Shown: one piece after another, positions 19,162-31,636 of the stretch
Position numbering within the stretch: the first letter of the stretch is position 1
How the letters are laid out: every line of letters starts with the position of its first letter
Source: Planctomycetota bacterium
Lineage (GTDB): Bacteria > Planctomycetota > UBA1135 > UBA2386
Length of the DNA: 64,000 bases
Assembly: GCA_965228735.1 (NCBI GenBank)
Contig: OZ245838.1
Location: forward strand, 3,136,001 to 3,200,000
Direction of reading: 5' to 3'
Translations under genes and position numbers: made by a program
Notes under the pieces: model-generated
The model's input: only the letters and a program-made list of their open reading frames with translations
What the model was told of the DNA's origin: nothing
Databases searched by the model: none

Positions 19162-21728
19162 CAGAAGGCTCCGATCGTCAGGTTCAGCGCGTTCGTGCTG
19201 CTGACCGACAGCAGCGCGCCCTGGGGAGCGAGCTCGCCCTGCAGGAACTGGTGGGCGAACGTGACGCCGGCGAAGACCGGGTCGTTGGGGATCGAGAACT
19301 GCTGCGTCGCGGTCCCCTGGGCCGGCACGACGAGTTGGATCGCCTCGGTGCTGGTCGAGAGCTCGCAGCCGGCGATGCCGCTCGGGTGCAGCTGCGCGAG
19401 CGGCAGGCTCTGCTGGTTGAGACCGACGAGGGCGACACCGAGGCTCCCGGCGGCGAAACCGGTCGCGGTCGACGCGAACGTCGAGCCGGTCCATGGCAGC
19501 GTGTCGGCCGTCAGGGCCATCGGGCCCGCCGGTCCGACGCAGGTCGAGCCGAAGGCCACGGCGCTCGCCGGGCAGGTCGTCGACAGCCGCGCGATCCACG
19601 GCGAGGGCACGCCACCGACGACCGTGAACGAGCCGCCGACCACGACGTCGCCGTTCGGCATGACGTCCATCGCTTCGACCGTGTCGCCCCCGAACGTCGA
19701 CGAGCCGAGCTCGAGGCCGTACCAGGCGGTGCCGTCGTAGCGCATGATGCCGTTGCCGGCGGCCCCTTGGAACGTCGCGAAGTCACCCCCGACCAGCAGG
19801 TCGCCGTTCGGCAGGATCTCGAGGGCGAAGACGTCGAGGTTGCCGCCACTGGGTGTCAGTGCCGACCAGTTCGAACCGTCCCAGCGCGCGATGCCCCCGG
19901 CGCTCGCGCCGCCGGCCGTGCTGAACTCGCCGCCGACGATCAGATCGCCGTTCGGCAGGCGCACGATGGCGTGAACCCGGTTGTTGAGCCCGGCGCCGAG
20001 CGGCGACCAGGTCGTGCCATCCCAGCGGGCGATGCGATCGGCGCTGACCCCGCCGGCCGTGGTGAACGAGCCGCCGACGATCAGGTCCCCGTTCGGCAGC
20101 GCTTCGACGGCGTGGACCTGGCTCGATACCCCGGTGCCGAGCGGGTGCCAGGTCGTGCCGTCCCAGCGCGCGATGCTGTTGGCCGCCACACCATCGACGA
20201 CGCTGAACAGTCCGGCCGCGATCAGGTCCCCGTTGTCGAGCACTTCGAGGGCGTCGACGAACTGCCACGAACCGCCCGACATGCCGGTGCCGAACCGGTT
20301 CCAGTTGGTGCCGTCCCAGCGGGCGATCATGCGCGCCGGCACGCCGCCCGCGAGCACGAAGATGCCGCCGGCCACGATGTCGCCGTTCTGCAGCCTGGCC
20401 AGGGCCTGAACCCCGTGACTCGGCAAGCCGCCGACCATGCCCGAGCTGAACGGCTGCCAGTCCGAACCGTCCCAGCGCGCGATCTTGCTGGCCTGGACGC
20501 TGCCGGCCTGCGTGAAGTCGCCGCCGGCGATGATCTCGCCGTTCGGGAGTGCGAGCACCGATTCGACCTTCTGATCCATGCCCGGACCGATCGCCGACCA
20601 GCTCGAACCGTCCCAACGCGCCACGCGCGTCATCGGCGTCGTCCCGCTCGTGAGGAAGTTGCCGCCCGCGATGAGATCACCCCCGGTGGTCTCGGCGAGA
20701 GCGTAGACCGTGGATGACAGCCCCTGGTCGAGGCCCGACCAGGCCGAGCCGTCCCAGCGCGCCACGCGCTCGAAGGGGGAGCTGAACGAACCGCCGGCAA
20801 TGATGTCGCCATTGGCCATCGTGAAGAGCACGTCGACCGTGCTGGAGAGGCCACCGCCGACGGCCGACCAACCGGCGCCGTTCCAGCGCGCGACGCGATT
20901 CGCCGGCACCCCACCGGCGCTCGAGAACGCACCGCCGACGATCACGTCGCCGTTCTGCGCGATCGTCAATGACTCCACCCGTTGCGTGATACCGAGACCG
21001 AGCCAGTTCCAGCTCGTGCCGTCCCAACGCGCGATGTTGTTGCAAGGCACTCCACCGGCGATCGTGAACGAACCGGCCGCGACGATGTCACCATTGGCGA
21101 GGCTCGCGATCTCGCTGACCCGAGCGCCCGGGGTGCCGCCGATGCCCCCGGCGAATCCGGTCCACGAACTGCCGTCCCAACGCGCGATGCAATCGGTCGG
21201 CGCCCCGGTGCTCACCGTGAACGAACCGCCGGCCACCAGATCACCGTTGGCGAGGACGTGCAATGCGTCCACCGCGAATCCGAGGCCGCCGCCGATGTCG
21301 CTCCAGTTCGAGCCGTCCCAACGCGCGATGCCGGCCGTCATGACCGAGCCCGCCGTCGCGAACGAGCCGCCGACGGCAAGGTCGCCGTTCGGCAGGACCG
21401 CGAGCGCGGTGACGGTGCCGTCGACGCCGTCGCCGAGCGTCGAGAACGCATTGGTCGCCAGATCGTAGATCGCGATGTTGTTGGTCGAGGTGGCGCCGGC
21501 CGCGTCGAACCGCCCGCCGACGACCAGCACCGGGGCGGCCGGCCCGGCACCGTCCGGGTCCCACTCCACCACCGCGTAGGCGGTACCGGAGACGCCCGCG
21601 AGCGCCGACGTCTGCAGCCAGATGTTGTCGCACTGGGCCAGGGCCGGCCGCGATGGCGAGAGCAGCACGACGCCCGCGATCAGCAGACTGCGCGGCACGA
21701 GATAGAATACGCAGGAAAGGAAACGCAT
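19161..21728 (-). CDS. secreted beta-propeller repeat protein (WDG repeats) with shared C-terminal domain, paralog 1
   Basis: ALA-QC, WDPDGAGP, about 13-14 repeats of LPNGDLxxGGxF...IARWDG, and C-terminal IPNDPVFAG...TNALNLTIG. Confidence 0.88.
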   Translation of the reverse strand: MRFLSCVFYLVPRSLLIAGVVLLSPSRPALAQCDNIWLQTSALAGVSGTAYAVVEWDPDGAGPAAPVLVVGGRFDAAGATSTNNIAIYDLATNAFSTLGDGVDGTVTALAVLPNGDLAVGGSFATAGSVMTAGIARWDGSNWSDIGGGLGFAVDALHVLANGDLVAGGSFTVSTGAPTDCIARWDGSSWTGFAGGIGGTPGARVSEIASLANGDIVAAGSFTIAGGVPCNNIARWDGTSWNWLGLGITQRVESLTIAQNGDVIVGGAFSSAGGVPANRVARWNGAGWSAVGGGLSSTVDVLFTMANGDIIAGGSFSSPFERVARWDGSAWSGLDQGLSSTVYALAETTGGDLIAGGNFLTSGTTPMTRVARWDGSSWSAIGPGMDQKVESVLALPNGEIIAGGDFTQAGSVQASKIARWDGSDWQPFSSGMVGGLPSHGVQALARLQNGDIVAGGIFVLAGGVPARMIARWDGTNWNRFGTGMSGGSWQFVDALEVLDNGDLIAAGLFSVVDGVAANSIARWDGTTWHPLGTGVSSQVHAVEALPNGDLIVGGSFTTAGGVSADRIARWDGTTWSPLGAGLNNRVHAIVRLPNGDLIVGGEFSTAGGASAGGIARWDGSNWSALTPSGGNLDVFALEILPNGDLLVGGDFATFQGAAGNGIMRYDGTAWYGLELGSSTFGGDTVEAMDVMPNGDVVVGGSFTVVGGVPSPWIARLSTTCPASAVAFGSTCVGPAGPMALTADTLPWTGSTFASTATGFAAGSLGVALVGLNQQSLPLAQLHPSGIAGCELSTSTEAIQLVVPAQGTATQQFSIPNDPVFAGVTFAHQFLQGELAPQGALLSVSSTNALNLTIGAF

Positions 21729-21899
21729 TGGAAGGTCGAGCACTCGGCGGAGTCGGCGGCTACGGCGCCAAAACGGGCCCAGTGTAACGCCAAAAAGCCA
21801 GCTCCCCGCGGCAGGCAACACGAAGTCGCGCCTTCCACCGGCGATGCCGCTGCGAGTTCGGCGGCGCCGCCTGGCGATCCGCTCCCGGCGGACGACCCG

Positions 21900-24266
<2,367 letters not shown>

Positions 24267-24423
24267 GCTTGCTCCGATTGGTTCCTGGGTGGTGCGGCTA
24301 CAGCCGCGAGAGGGGATCCGGCCAGGATACGCGATTCGCAATACCGCGTGGGCCCGAGCGAACCGCGGCGACGGGTTTCGCACGGGCAAGCAACTTCGGT
24401 GCCGTCGGGAACGCGATCTTGAC

Positions 24424-25677
24424 TCAGCCGGCGCGCCCGGCCGCGACGTCGGCGCGGTACTCCTCGAGCACCCCACCGAGGATCGCGATGTCCGACTCGA
24501 ACGTCTCCGGCAGCAGCGGACCGAAGGAGAACCGGAACCAGCCGTCGTACGGCGACACGTAGCCCGGCTCCTTGCTGTGCGGGCGCGCCATGTCGCAGTC
24601 CTTGCCCTCGAGGATCGCGGCACCGTGCTTGAAGAGGCGGCGGTTGAGTTCGCTCGCGTTGAGGCCGTCGGGCAGCTTGAGCCAGTGGTAGAAGCCGCCG
24701 TCGCCCGTGAAGACGGACAGGCCCATCTTCTCGAAGGCCTCACCGTAGCGCTGCCGCTGCATGCCGTAGTGCCGCTCGACCGCCTCGCGCGCTTGCGCCA
24801 CACGTTCGGGCTGCAGCAGTTCGGCCGCGTAGAGCTGCGACGGATGGCTCACGCCGCCCATGCCGAAGCTGCTGAAGTTGGCGAGCGTCGCGACGTTCTG
24901 CTTGCTCGCGATGATCCAGCCGATGCGGATGCCGGGGCACTGCAACCCCTTGGTGCACGCGCCGGCGAGGAACACGTTGCTGTCGTCCAGGTCCTTGACG
25001 TACCGGATGCCGCTGACGCCCTTGCTCGGGTGGAACATCTCGTAGGCCTCGTCGAGCAGGATGCCGTTCTTGTCCTGCTCGGCCATGGCGATGAGCTCTT
25101 CGAGCTCGGCGCCGGCGCGCGTGTGGCCGGTCGGGTTGCCGGGGTTGCTGATGATCGGCAGCAGGTGCGTCTTGGCGTTGAGGCCGCTGCGATCGAAGTA
25201 GGCCGCGTTCTCCGGGTGGAAGCCGTTCTCCTCGGTGAACGGCACGACGCGCCAGTCGGAGTTCGTCTGCGTGAGGATGTCGAGGTAGGCCGGCCACTCG
25301 GCGTTGCCGATGCGGACCTCGACGTGTGCCTTCAAGAACGCGAGCACGGCGTAGATGCCGGGGCGGCCGCCGGCGAAGACCATGACGTTCTCGGGCGCGA
25401 TGGACGAGCCGTAGAAGTCGTTGTAGTGCTGCGCGATCGCGTCGCGCAGCTTCGGGTGTCCCCACGCCTTGGGATAGAACCGATCCTCCCACGTCACCTC
25501 GACCTGGCTCGGCAACGGCGGTCCGCCTTCGAGCTGCGTCGTCAACGGGAAGCCCTGCGACCACGGGTGCGTGCCCGCGGTCCCCATGAATTGCCCGAAG
25601 CTGTCGCGGAACGCGTAGAGGGTCTCGTAGATGCCCATCGGCGGGCAGTCGTCGGACAAGAACGAGGCGCGGCGCAT
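24424..25677 (-). CDS. PLP-dependent aminotransferase class I/II
   Basis: SNPGNPTG, LLDEAY, CTKGLQCPGIRIGW (PLP Lys), GGFYHW and FRFSFG. Confidence 0.92.
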   Translation of the reverse strand: MRRASFLSDDCPPMGIYETLYAFRDSFGQFMGTAGTHPWSQGFPLTTQLEGGPPLPSQVEVTWEDRFYPKAWGHPKLRDAIAQHYNDFYGSSIAPENVMVFAGGRPGIYAVLAFLKAHVEVRIGNAEWPAYLDILTQTNSDWRVVPFTEENGFHPENAAYFDRSGLNAKTHLLPIISNPGNPTGHTRAGAELEELIAMAEQDKNGILLDEAYEMFHPSKGVSGIRYVKDLDDSNVFLAGACTKGLQCPGIRIGWIIASKQNVATLANFSSFGMGGVSHPSQLYAAELLQPERVAQAREAVERHYGMQRQRYGEAFEKMGLSVFTGDGGFYHWLKLPDGLNASELNRRLFKHGAAILEGKDCDMARPHSKEPGYVSPYDGWFRFSFGPLLPETFESDIAILGGVLEEYRADVAAGRAG

Positions 25678-25781
25678 GACTCGCGTTCTATCCGCAGCGA
25701 ACGGTGCGGCGCGACCTCGATTCGGCAGACCGACCGACTGCCCGCAAATCCCGCCGGCTGCGCTACATTCTCCGGTCAGCC

Positions 25782-28700
25782 ATGCCGCGTCGCCACGCCG
25801 TCACCCTGCTCGCTGCCATCGCTGCCATCGGCGGCACCCTGACCGCCCAGCAGCAGCCGGCGATCGACTTCGATCGGCAGATCCGTCCGATCCTGTCCAA
25901 CCACTGCTTCGCGTGTCACGGTCCGGACGAGGAGCATCGCGCCGCCGACCTGCGCCTCGACCGCAAGGACGACGCCTTCGCGGTGATCACGCCGGGTGAC
26001 GCGGCGGGCAGCGAGCTGATCCGACGAATCGGGCACGCCGATCCCGACGAGCTGATGCCGCCGCCCGCAGCGGATCAGCCGCTCGACGACGCCGAGAAGG
26101 CGCTGCTCGAGCGCTGGATCGAGGCCGGCGCACCTTGGGCCGAACACTGGTCGCTCGTGCCGCCGCAACAGCCCGACCTGCCGACCGTGCGCGACGTGGC
26201 GTGGGCCAGGGATCCCGTCGACCGGTTCGTGCTCGCCCGCCTCGAGGACGAAGGGCTGACGCCGAACCCGGCGGCCGACCGCCGCGCCCTGCTGCGGCGG
26301 GTGACGCTCGACCTCACGGGTCTGCCGCCGTCACCGGCGGAGCTGCAGGCGTTCCTCGCGGACGAGTCGCCGGATGCGTACGAACGCGCGGTGGACCGGC
26401 TGCTCGATTCGCCGCGCTACGGCGAACACATGGCGCGCTTCTGGCTCGACGCGGCGCGCTACGGCGACACGCACGGCCTGCACCTCGACAACTACCGCGA
26501 GATGTGGCCCTACCGCGACTGGGTCGTGCGCGCGTTCAACGACAACCTGCGATACGACGAGTTCGTCGTCGAGCAGCTCGCCGGCGATCTCCTGCCGGAG
26601 CCGACCGTCGACCAGCGGGTCGCGTCGGGCTTCAACCGCTGCCACATCTCGACCAACGAGGGCGGCTCGATCAAGGAAGAGGTCTACGTCCGCAACGTGA
26701 TCGACCGGGTCAGCACCACGGGCACGGTCTTCCTCGGTTTGACGCTCGGCTGCGCCGTCTGTCACGACCACAAGTTCGATCCGATCCGAAAGCGCGAGGT
26801 CTACCAGCTCTTCGCGTTCTTCAACAACCTCGACGGCGACGCGATGGACGGCAACGCCAAGGCGCCGGCCCCCGTGATGAAGGTGCAGACGCCGGCGCAA
26901 CGCGACGAGCTCGCGCAGCTGGCGCGAGATCAGGCGGGGATCGACGCGCGGTTCGCCGAACGGTTGCGCGCCTTCGACTACGCCGACCCGGCGGCGCCGA
27001 CGGCCGACGGGTCGCCGCCGCGCCGGGAGATCGTCTGGATCGACGACGAGCTGCCACCGGGCGCGCTGCCCGAAGCGCCCGAGTTCTCGTGGGTCGACGA
27101 CCCCGCGCTCGTGCACCGCGGTTCGCGCGCGCTGGTGCGGCGCACCAGCGGCGTCGAACAGGAGTTCTTCCGAACCGCCGACACCAAGCTGCGGGTCGCG
27201 GCCGGCGACGTCCTGTTCGCCTGGGTGCGGATCGATCCGGACGACGTGCCCGATGAGCTCATGCTGCAGTGGAACAGCGACGGCCGCGACGGCTGGCTGC
27301 ACGGCGCGTATTGGGGCAGCAACGCGATCCCCTACGGCAAGGACGGCACGTCGCAGCGCGTGCGCATGGGTGACGTGCCGGCCGGCGGCGAGTGGGTCCG
27401 GCTCGAGGTGCCCGTCGCGCGCGTCGGCCTGCGGCCCGGCATGGCCGTGCACGGTCTCGCGTTCACGCAGAAGGGCGGCACGTCGTACTGGGACGCGATC
27501 GGCATCGCGACCAGCGCGCGGCAGGGCAGCGAGGACTGGGTCTGGATCGATGACGACGCCCCCGACGGCGCGAAGCTGCAGGGCAACGGTCGCGTCTGGC
27601 AGTGGCACCGCGGCGGGACGAAGCGCGTGCCGACGCCGCACAGCGGCACGCGTCTGCTGCGCCGGTCGGGCCACGGGCTCAACCAGGACTTCTTCACCGG
27701 CGCGCGGACGCCGCTGCGCGTGCAGGACGGTGATCGGTTGTTCGCCTACGCGTGGCTCGATCCGAAGGACCCGCCGCGCTCGGTGCAGCTGCAGTTCAAC
27801 GTCGGCGGCAGCTGGGAGCACCGCGTTCGTTGGGGGGCGCCGGCGCACGGAGCCGGCCGCAAGAACGGCGCCGACCTCGTCGCGGGCGAGCTGCCGAAGA
27901 CCGGCGAGTGGGTGCGGCTTGAGGTCGACCTCGCGGCGGTCGGGATCCGACCCGGCGAGGCGATCAACGGCTGGGCCTTCACGAAGGTCGACGGCACCGT
28001 GTGCTGGGACCGTGCCGGGGTGCATACCCACGGGCCGCCCGACGACAGCCATCGCCGTTCGCTCAGCGCGTGGGAGCCGATCGGTCGCGAGAGCGCCGAT
28101 GTGCCGGAGGACGTGCGGACCGCTCTCGCGCAGCCGGCTGAGGAGCGCACCGCAGCGCAACGCCAGGCCATCCGCGATCACTGGCTCCGGCACGTGTGGA
28201 TCGACTCCCGCGCGACGTTCACCGAACTGCATCGCGCCGTCGACGAGATCGAGACCCGCCGCGAGGCCATCGAAAAGTCGACGCCGACCACGCTGGTCAT
28301 GGTCGAACGCAGCGAGCCGCGCCCCGCGTACGACCTCATGCGCGGCGCCTACGACAGCAAGGGCCAGCAGGTCGAACGCCGCACGCCCGCCGCGCTGCCG
28401 CCGATGGCGCCCGACCTGCCGCGCGACCGCCTCGGGCTCGCGCGCTGGCTCGTCGACGACGATCACCCGCTCACGGCGCGCGTCGCCGTCAATCGCTTCT
28501 GGCAGCAGGTGTTCGGCGTCGGGCTCGTGAAGACGAGCGAGGACTTCGGCAACCAGGGCGAACGCCCGAGCCACCCCGAGCTGCTCGACTGGCTCGCCGT
28601 GCAGTTCGTGCAGAGCGGCTGGGACGTCAAGGCGCTGATGCGCGCGCTCGTGACCTCGGCGACCTACCGCCAGAGCGCCCGCGTGCGGCCCGCCGTGCTC

Positions 28701-29384
28701 GCCCGCGACCCGGACAATCGGCTGCTCGCGCGCGGACCGCGCTACCGGCTCGACGGCGAGACGCTGCGCGATCAGGCGCTGATGCTCGGCGGCCTGCTCG
28801 TCGAGACCGTCGGCGGCCCACCCGTGAAGCCCCCGCAGCCTGCGGGCCTGTGGCGCGCGGTCGGCTACTCGTCTTCGAACACGGCGAAGTTCGTCGCCGA
28901 CACCGGACCCGAGAAGGTGCACCGCCGCAGCCTCTACACGTTCTGGAAGCGCACGGCTCCACCGCCGCAGTTCACGACGTTCGGCGCGCCGAGCCGCGAG
29001 GAGTGTCGCGTGCGCCGCGAACGCACCGACACCCCGATGCAGGCGCTGCTGCTGATGAACGATCCGCAGTTCGTCGAGTGTGCCCGCGCGTTCGCCGAAC
29101 GGATCCTGCGACGCGGCGACGACGACACGACCGATGCTGCGCGGATCCAGTGGGCCCTCGAGTGCGCGACGTGCCGCGCCCCGGATCCGGCGGACGTCGC
29201 CAGCACCAAGGCGCTGCTCGACCGGCAACGCCGCGCGTTCGCCGGCGACGCCGACGCGGCACGACAGCTCATCGCGATCGGCGCGGCCCCGCCGGACGAC
29301 TCGTTCGACGCCGTCGAGCTCGCGAGCTGGACGATGGTCGCCAACCTGATCCTCAACCTCGACACCGTGCTCACCAACGGCTGA
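25782..29384 (+). CDS. planctomycete cytochrome c / DUF1549 / DUF1553 (PSD1) protein
   Basis: [70 protein letters not shown] and [11 protein letters not shown]. Confidence 0.95.
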   Translation: MPRRHAVTLLAAIAAIGGTLTAQQQPAIDFDRQIRPILSNHCFACHGPDEEHRAADLRLDRKDDAFAVITPGDAAGSELIRRIGHADPDELMPPPAADQPLDDAEKALLERWIEAGAPWAEHWSLVPPQQPDLPTVRDVAWARDPVDRFVLARLEDEGLTPNPAADRRALLRRVTLDLTGLPPSPAELQAFLADESPDAYERAVDRLLDSPRYGEHMARFWLDAARYGDTHGLHLDNYREMWPYRDWVVRAFNDNLRYDEFVVEQLAGDLLPEPTVDQRVASGFNRCHISTNEGGSIKEEVYVRNVIDRVSTTGTVFLGLTLGCAVCHDHKFDPIRKREVYQLFAFFNNLDGDAMDGNAKAPAPVMKVQTPAQRDELAQLARDQAGIDARFAERLRAFDYADPAAPTADGSPPRREIVWIDDELPPGALPEAPEFSWVDDPALVHRGSRALVRRTSGVEQEFFRTADTKLRVAAGDVLFAWVRIDPDDVPDELMLQWNSDGRDGWLHGAYWGSNAIPYGKDGTSQRVRMGDVPAGGEWVRLEVPVARVGLRPGMAVHGLAFTQKGGTSYWDAIGIATSARQGSEDWVWIDDDAPDGAKLQGNGRVWQWHRGGTKRVPTPHSGTRLLRRSGHGLNQDFFTGARTPLRVQDGDRLFAYAWLDPKDPPRSVQLQFNVGGSWEHRVRWGAPAHGAGRKNGADLVAGELPKTGEWVRLEVDLAAVGIRPGEAINGWAFTKVDGTVCWDRAGVHTHGPPDDSHRRSLSAWEPIGRESADVPEDVRTALAQPAEERTAAQRQAIRDHWLRHVWIDSRATFTELHRAVDEIETRREAIEKSTPTTLVMVERSEPRPAYDLMRGAYDSKGQQVERRTPAALPPMAPDLPRDRLGLARWLVDDDHPLTARVAVNRFWQQVFGVGLVKTSEDFGNQGERPSHPELLDWLAVQFVQSGWDVKALMRALVTSATYRQSARVRPAVLARDPDNRLLARGPRYRLDGETLRDQALMLGGLLVETVGGPPVKPPQPAGLWRAVGYSSSNTAKFVADTGPEKVHRRSLYTFWKRTAPPPQFTTFGAPSREECRVRRERTDTPMQALLLMNDPQFVECARAFAERILRRGDDDTTDAARIQWALECATCRAPDPADVASTKALLDRQRRAFAGDADAARQLIAIGAAPPDDSFDAVELASWTMVANLILNLDTVLTNG

Positions 29385-29391
29385 CGAACCC

Positions 29392-30867
29392 ATGGACCCG
29401 AGACTCGACTTCGCAAGGCAGCTCACGCGCCGGCACTTCTTCGGCGGCACGGCCATGGGACTCGGCAGCGCGGCGCTCGCGTCGATGCCCGGGCTCGCGC
29501 CCGCGACAGCCCCCACCGGGGCCATCGCGGGCGGCAATCGCGGGCTGCCGGACCTGCCGCACTTCGCACCGCGCGCCAAGCGCGCGATCTGGCTGTTCAT
29601 GGCCGGCGCGCCATCGCAGATCGACACGTTCGACTACAAGCCGAAGATGGCGGCGCTGTTCGACACCGACCTGCCGGAGTCGATTCGCCAGGGCCAGCGC
29701 CTCACGACGATGACGTCGGGCCAGAAGCGCTTCCCGATCGCCCCGTCGAAGTACCGCTTCACGCGCTACGACAACGGCGCCGATGGCGCGTGGGTGTCGG
29801 AGCTGATGCCGTACACGGCGCAGATGGTGCAGGACCTCGCGATCGTGCGCTCGGTCTACACGGAGGCGATCAACCACGACCCGGCGATCACGTTCATCAC
29901 GACGGGCCGCGAACTGCCGGGCCGCCCGTCGCTCGGTTCGTGGCTCAACTACGGCCTCGGGTCGGAGAACGCGGACCTGCCCGGCTTCGTCGTCATGACG
30001 CCGCGCTGGAGCGGGCGCCGCGACGCGCAGGCGCTCTACAACCGGCTCTGGGGTGCTGGCATGCTGCCCAACGAGCACGCCGGCGTCGCGCTGCGGCCGG
30101 ACGGTGACCCGGTGCTCTTCCTGCAGAATCCGGCCGGCGTCGACGGCAGCTCGCGCCGCGCGATGCTCGACGCGCTGGGCCAGATGAACGCGCGCATCGC
30201 GGAGCAGGTCGGCGACCCGGGCACCCGCGACCGCATCGCGCAGTACGAGCTCGCGTTCCGGATGCAGACGTCCGTGCCCGAGCTCACGAACCTGTCCGAC
30301 GAACCGGCGAGCACGGCCGCGATGTACGGCCCCGAGGCGAGCGAGCCCGGCACGTTCGCGAGCTCGTGCGTGCTCGCGCGCCGCATGATCGAACGCGGCG
30401 TCCGCTTCGTGCAGATCTTCCATCGCGGCTGGGATCAGCACGGCAACCTGACGGGCGATCTGCCGCGCCAGTGTGCCGACGTCGACCGCGCGTCGTGGGC
30501 GCTCGTGCAGGACCTCAAGCAGCGCGGCATGCTCGACGACACGCTCGTGATCTGGGGCGGCGAGTTCGGGCGCACGGTCTACTGCCAGGGCAAGCTGACC
30601 CGCAGCAACTACGGCCGCGACCACCATCCGCGGTGCTTCACGACGTGGCTGGCAGGCGGCGGCATTCGCCCTGGCCAGGTCTACGGTGAGACCGATGACT
30701 TCAGCTACAACATCGTCGACCGGCCGGTGCACGTGCGCGACCTCAACGCGACGATCCTGCACTGCCTCGGCATCGACCACGAACGGCTCTCTGTCGCCCA
30801 CCAGGGCCTCGACGTCCGCCTCACCGGCGTGGAGCCGGCGCGCGTCGTGAACGAGCTGTTGGCCTGA
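29392..30867 (+). CDS. DUF1501 domain protein (Tat-type N-terminus)
   Basis: [52 protein letters not shown] and GRDHHP; usual partner of DUF1549/1553. Confidence 0.95.
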   Translation: MDPRLDFARQLTRRHFFGGTAMGLGSAALASMPGLAPATAPTGAIAGGNRGLPDLPHFAPRAKRAIWLFMAGAPSQIDTFDYKPKMAALFDTDLPESIRQGQRLTTMTSGQKRFPIAPSKYRFTRYDNGADGAWVSELMPYTAQMVQDLAIVRSVYTEAINHDPAITFITTGRELPGRPSLGSWLNYGLGSENADLPGFVVMTPRWSGRRDAQALYNRLWGAGMLPNEHAGVALRPDGDPVLFLQNPAGVDGSSRRAMLDALGQMNARIAEQVGDPGTRDRIAQYELAFRMQTSVPELTNLSDEPASTAAMYGPEASEPGTFASSCVLARRMIERGVRFVQIFHRGWDQHGNLTGDLPRQCADVDRASWALVQDLKQRGMLDDTLVIWGGEFGRTVYCQGKLTRSNYGRDHHPRCFTTWLAGGGIRPGQVYGETDDFSYNIVDRPVHVRDLNATILHCLGIDHERLSVAHQGLDVRLTGVEPARVVNELLA

Positions 30868-30938
30868 GCGCGGCACGCCGAGCCGATTTTCGGCAGTTTC
30901 TACAGCAGGGTCCCGGCCGGAATCCGCCTGTCCTGGTC

Positions 30939-31634
30939 GTGTTCCAGTCCTTCGTCCAGCGGATCGCCCTGCTCGTCGCCGTCGCGAGCTCGGCGGTCGT
31001 TCCGTCCCCCGCTCAGGCAGCTCCGGATGCCCAGCGCCCGTTGCCGCTCGTGTTCCAGAAGAACCTCGGCGCGCACGATCCCGCGGTCCGCTTCGTCGCT
31101 CGTGGGCCGGGCTATCAGGCCCTGTTCACCGGCGATGCCGTCACGCTGGCGCTGCGGTCCCGCGGGCGGTTCGCGGCCACCAGCAAGATGGTATTCGTCG
31201 GCTCGGGCGCCGCCCGGATCACCGGCGAAGGCGAGCTGCCGACGCGGATCCACACCTTCCGTGGCGGGCGTGACCGGTGGACGTCGAACGCCCCGACGTA
31301 CGAACGCATTCGCTATCGCGGGGTATGGCCCGGCATCGACGTCGTGTTCTACGAACGCGCCGGCGAGCTCGAGTACGACTTCGTCGTGGCCCCCGGCACG
31401 GAGCCGGCCGCGATCCGGCTGCGCTTCGAGGGCGTCGAACGCCCCGTGGTCACGGCCACCGGGGCTCTGCGCCTGCAGTCACCGGCCGGCTTGCTCGAGC
31501 AGACCGCGCCGGTCGCGTTCCAGGGCGAGATCGCGGAACGTCGCCCGGTCACGAGCCGTTTCGTCGTCCACGCCGACGGCACCGTGCGGGCTGCGTCCGC
31601 GGCCGCCGCACGTTGGCTACCGCGGGTTCCGTAG
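30939..31634 (+). pseudogene. N-terminal domain of an SBBP-repeat-type secreted protein, apparently truncated
   Basis: PLVFQKNLG...VRFVARG...YRGVWPGIDVVFY...LEYDFVVAPG...IRLRFEG...PVAFQ; ends before the expected L(V/I)IDP linker and has no propeller repeats. Confidence 0.6.
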
Positions 31635-31636
31635 GT

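Noticed and set aside
26331..29627. Very long antisense ORFs (also 42581-44647, 47161-49191, 53029-55308, 55791-58586)
   Set aside because: Shadow ORFs opposite well-supported genes, expected at high GC; Arg/Ala-rich with no motifs.
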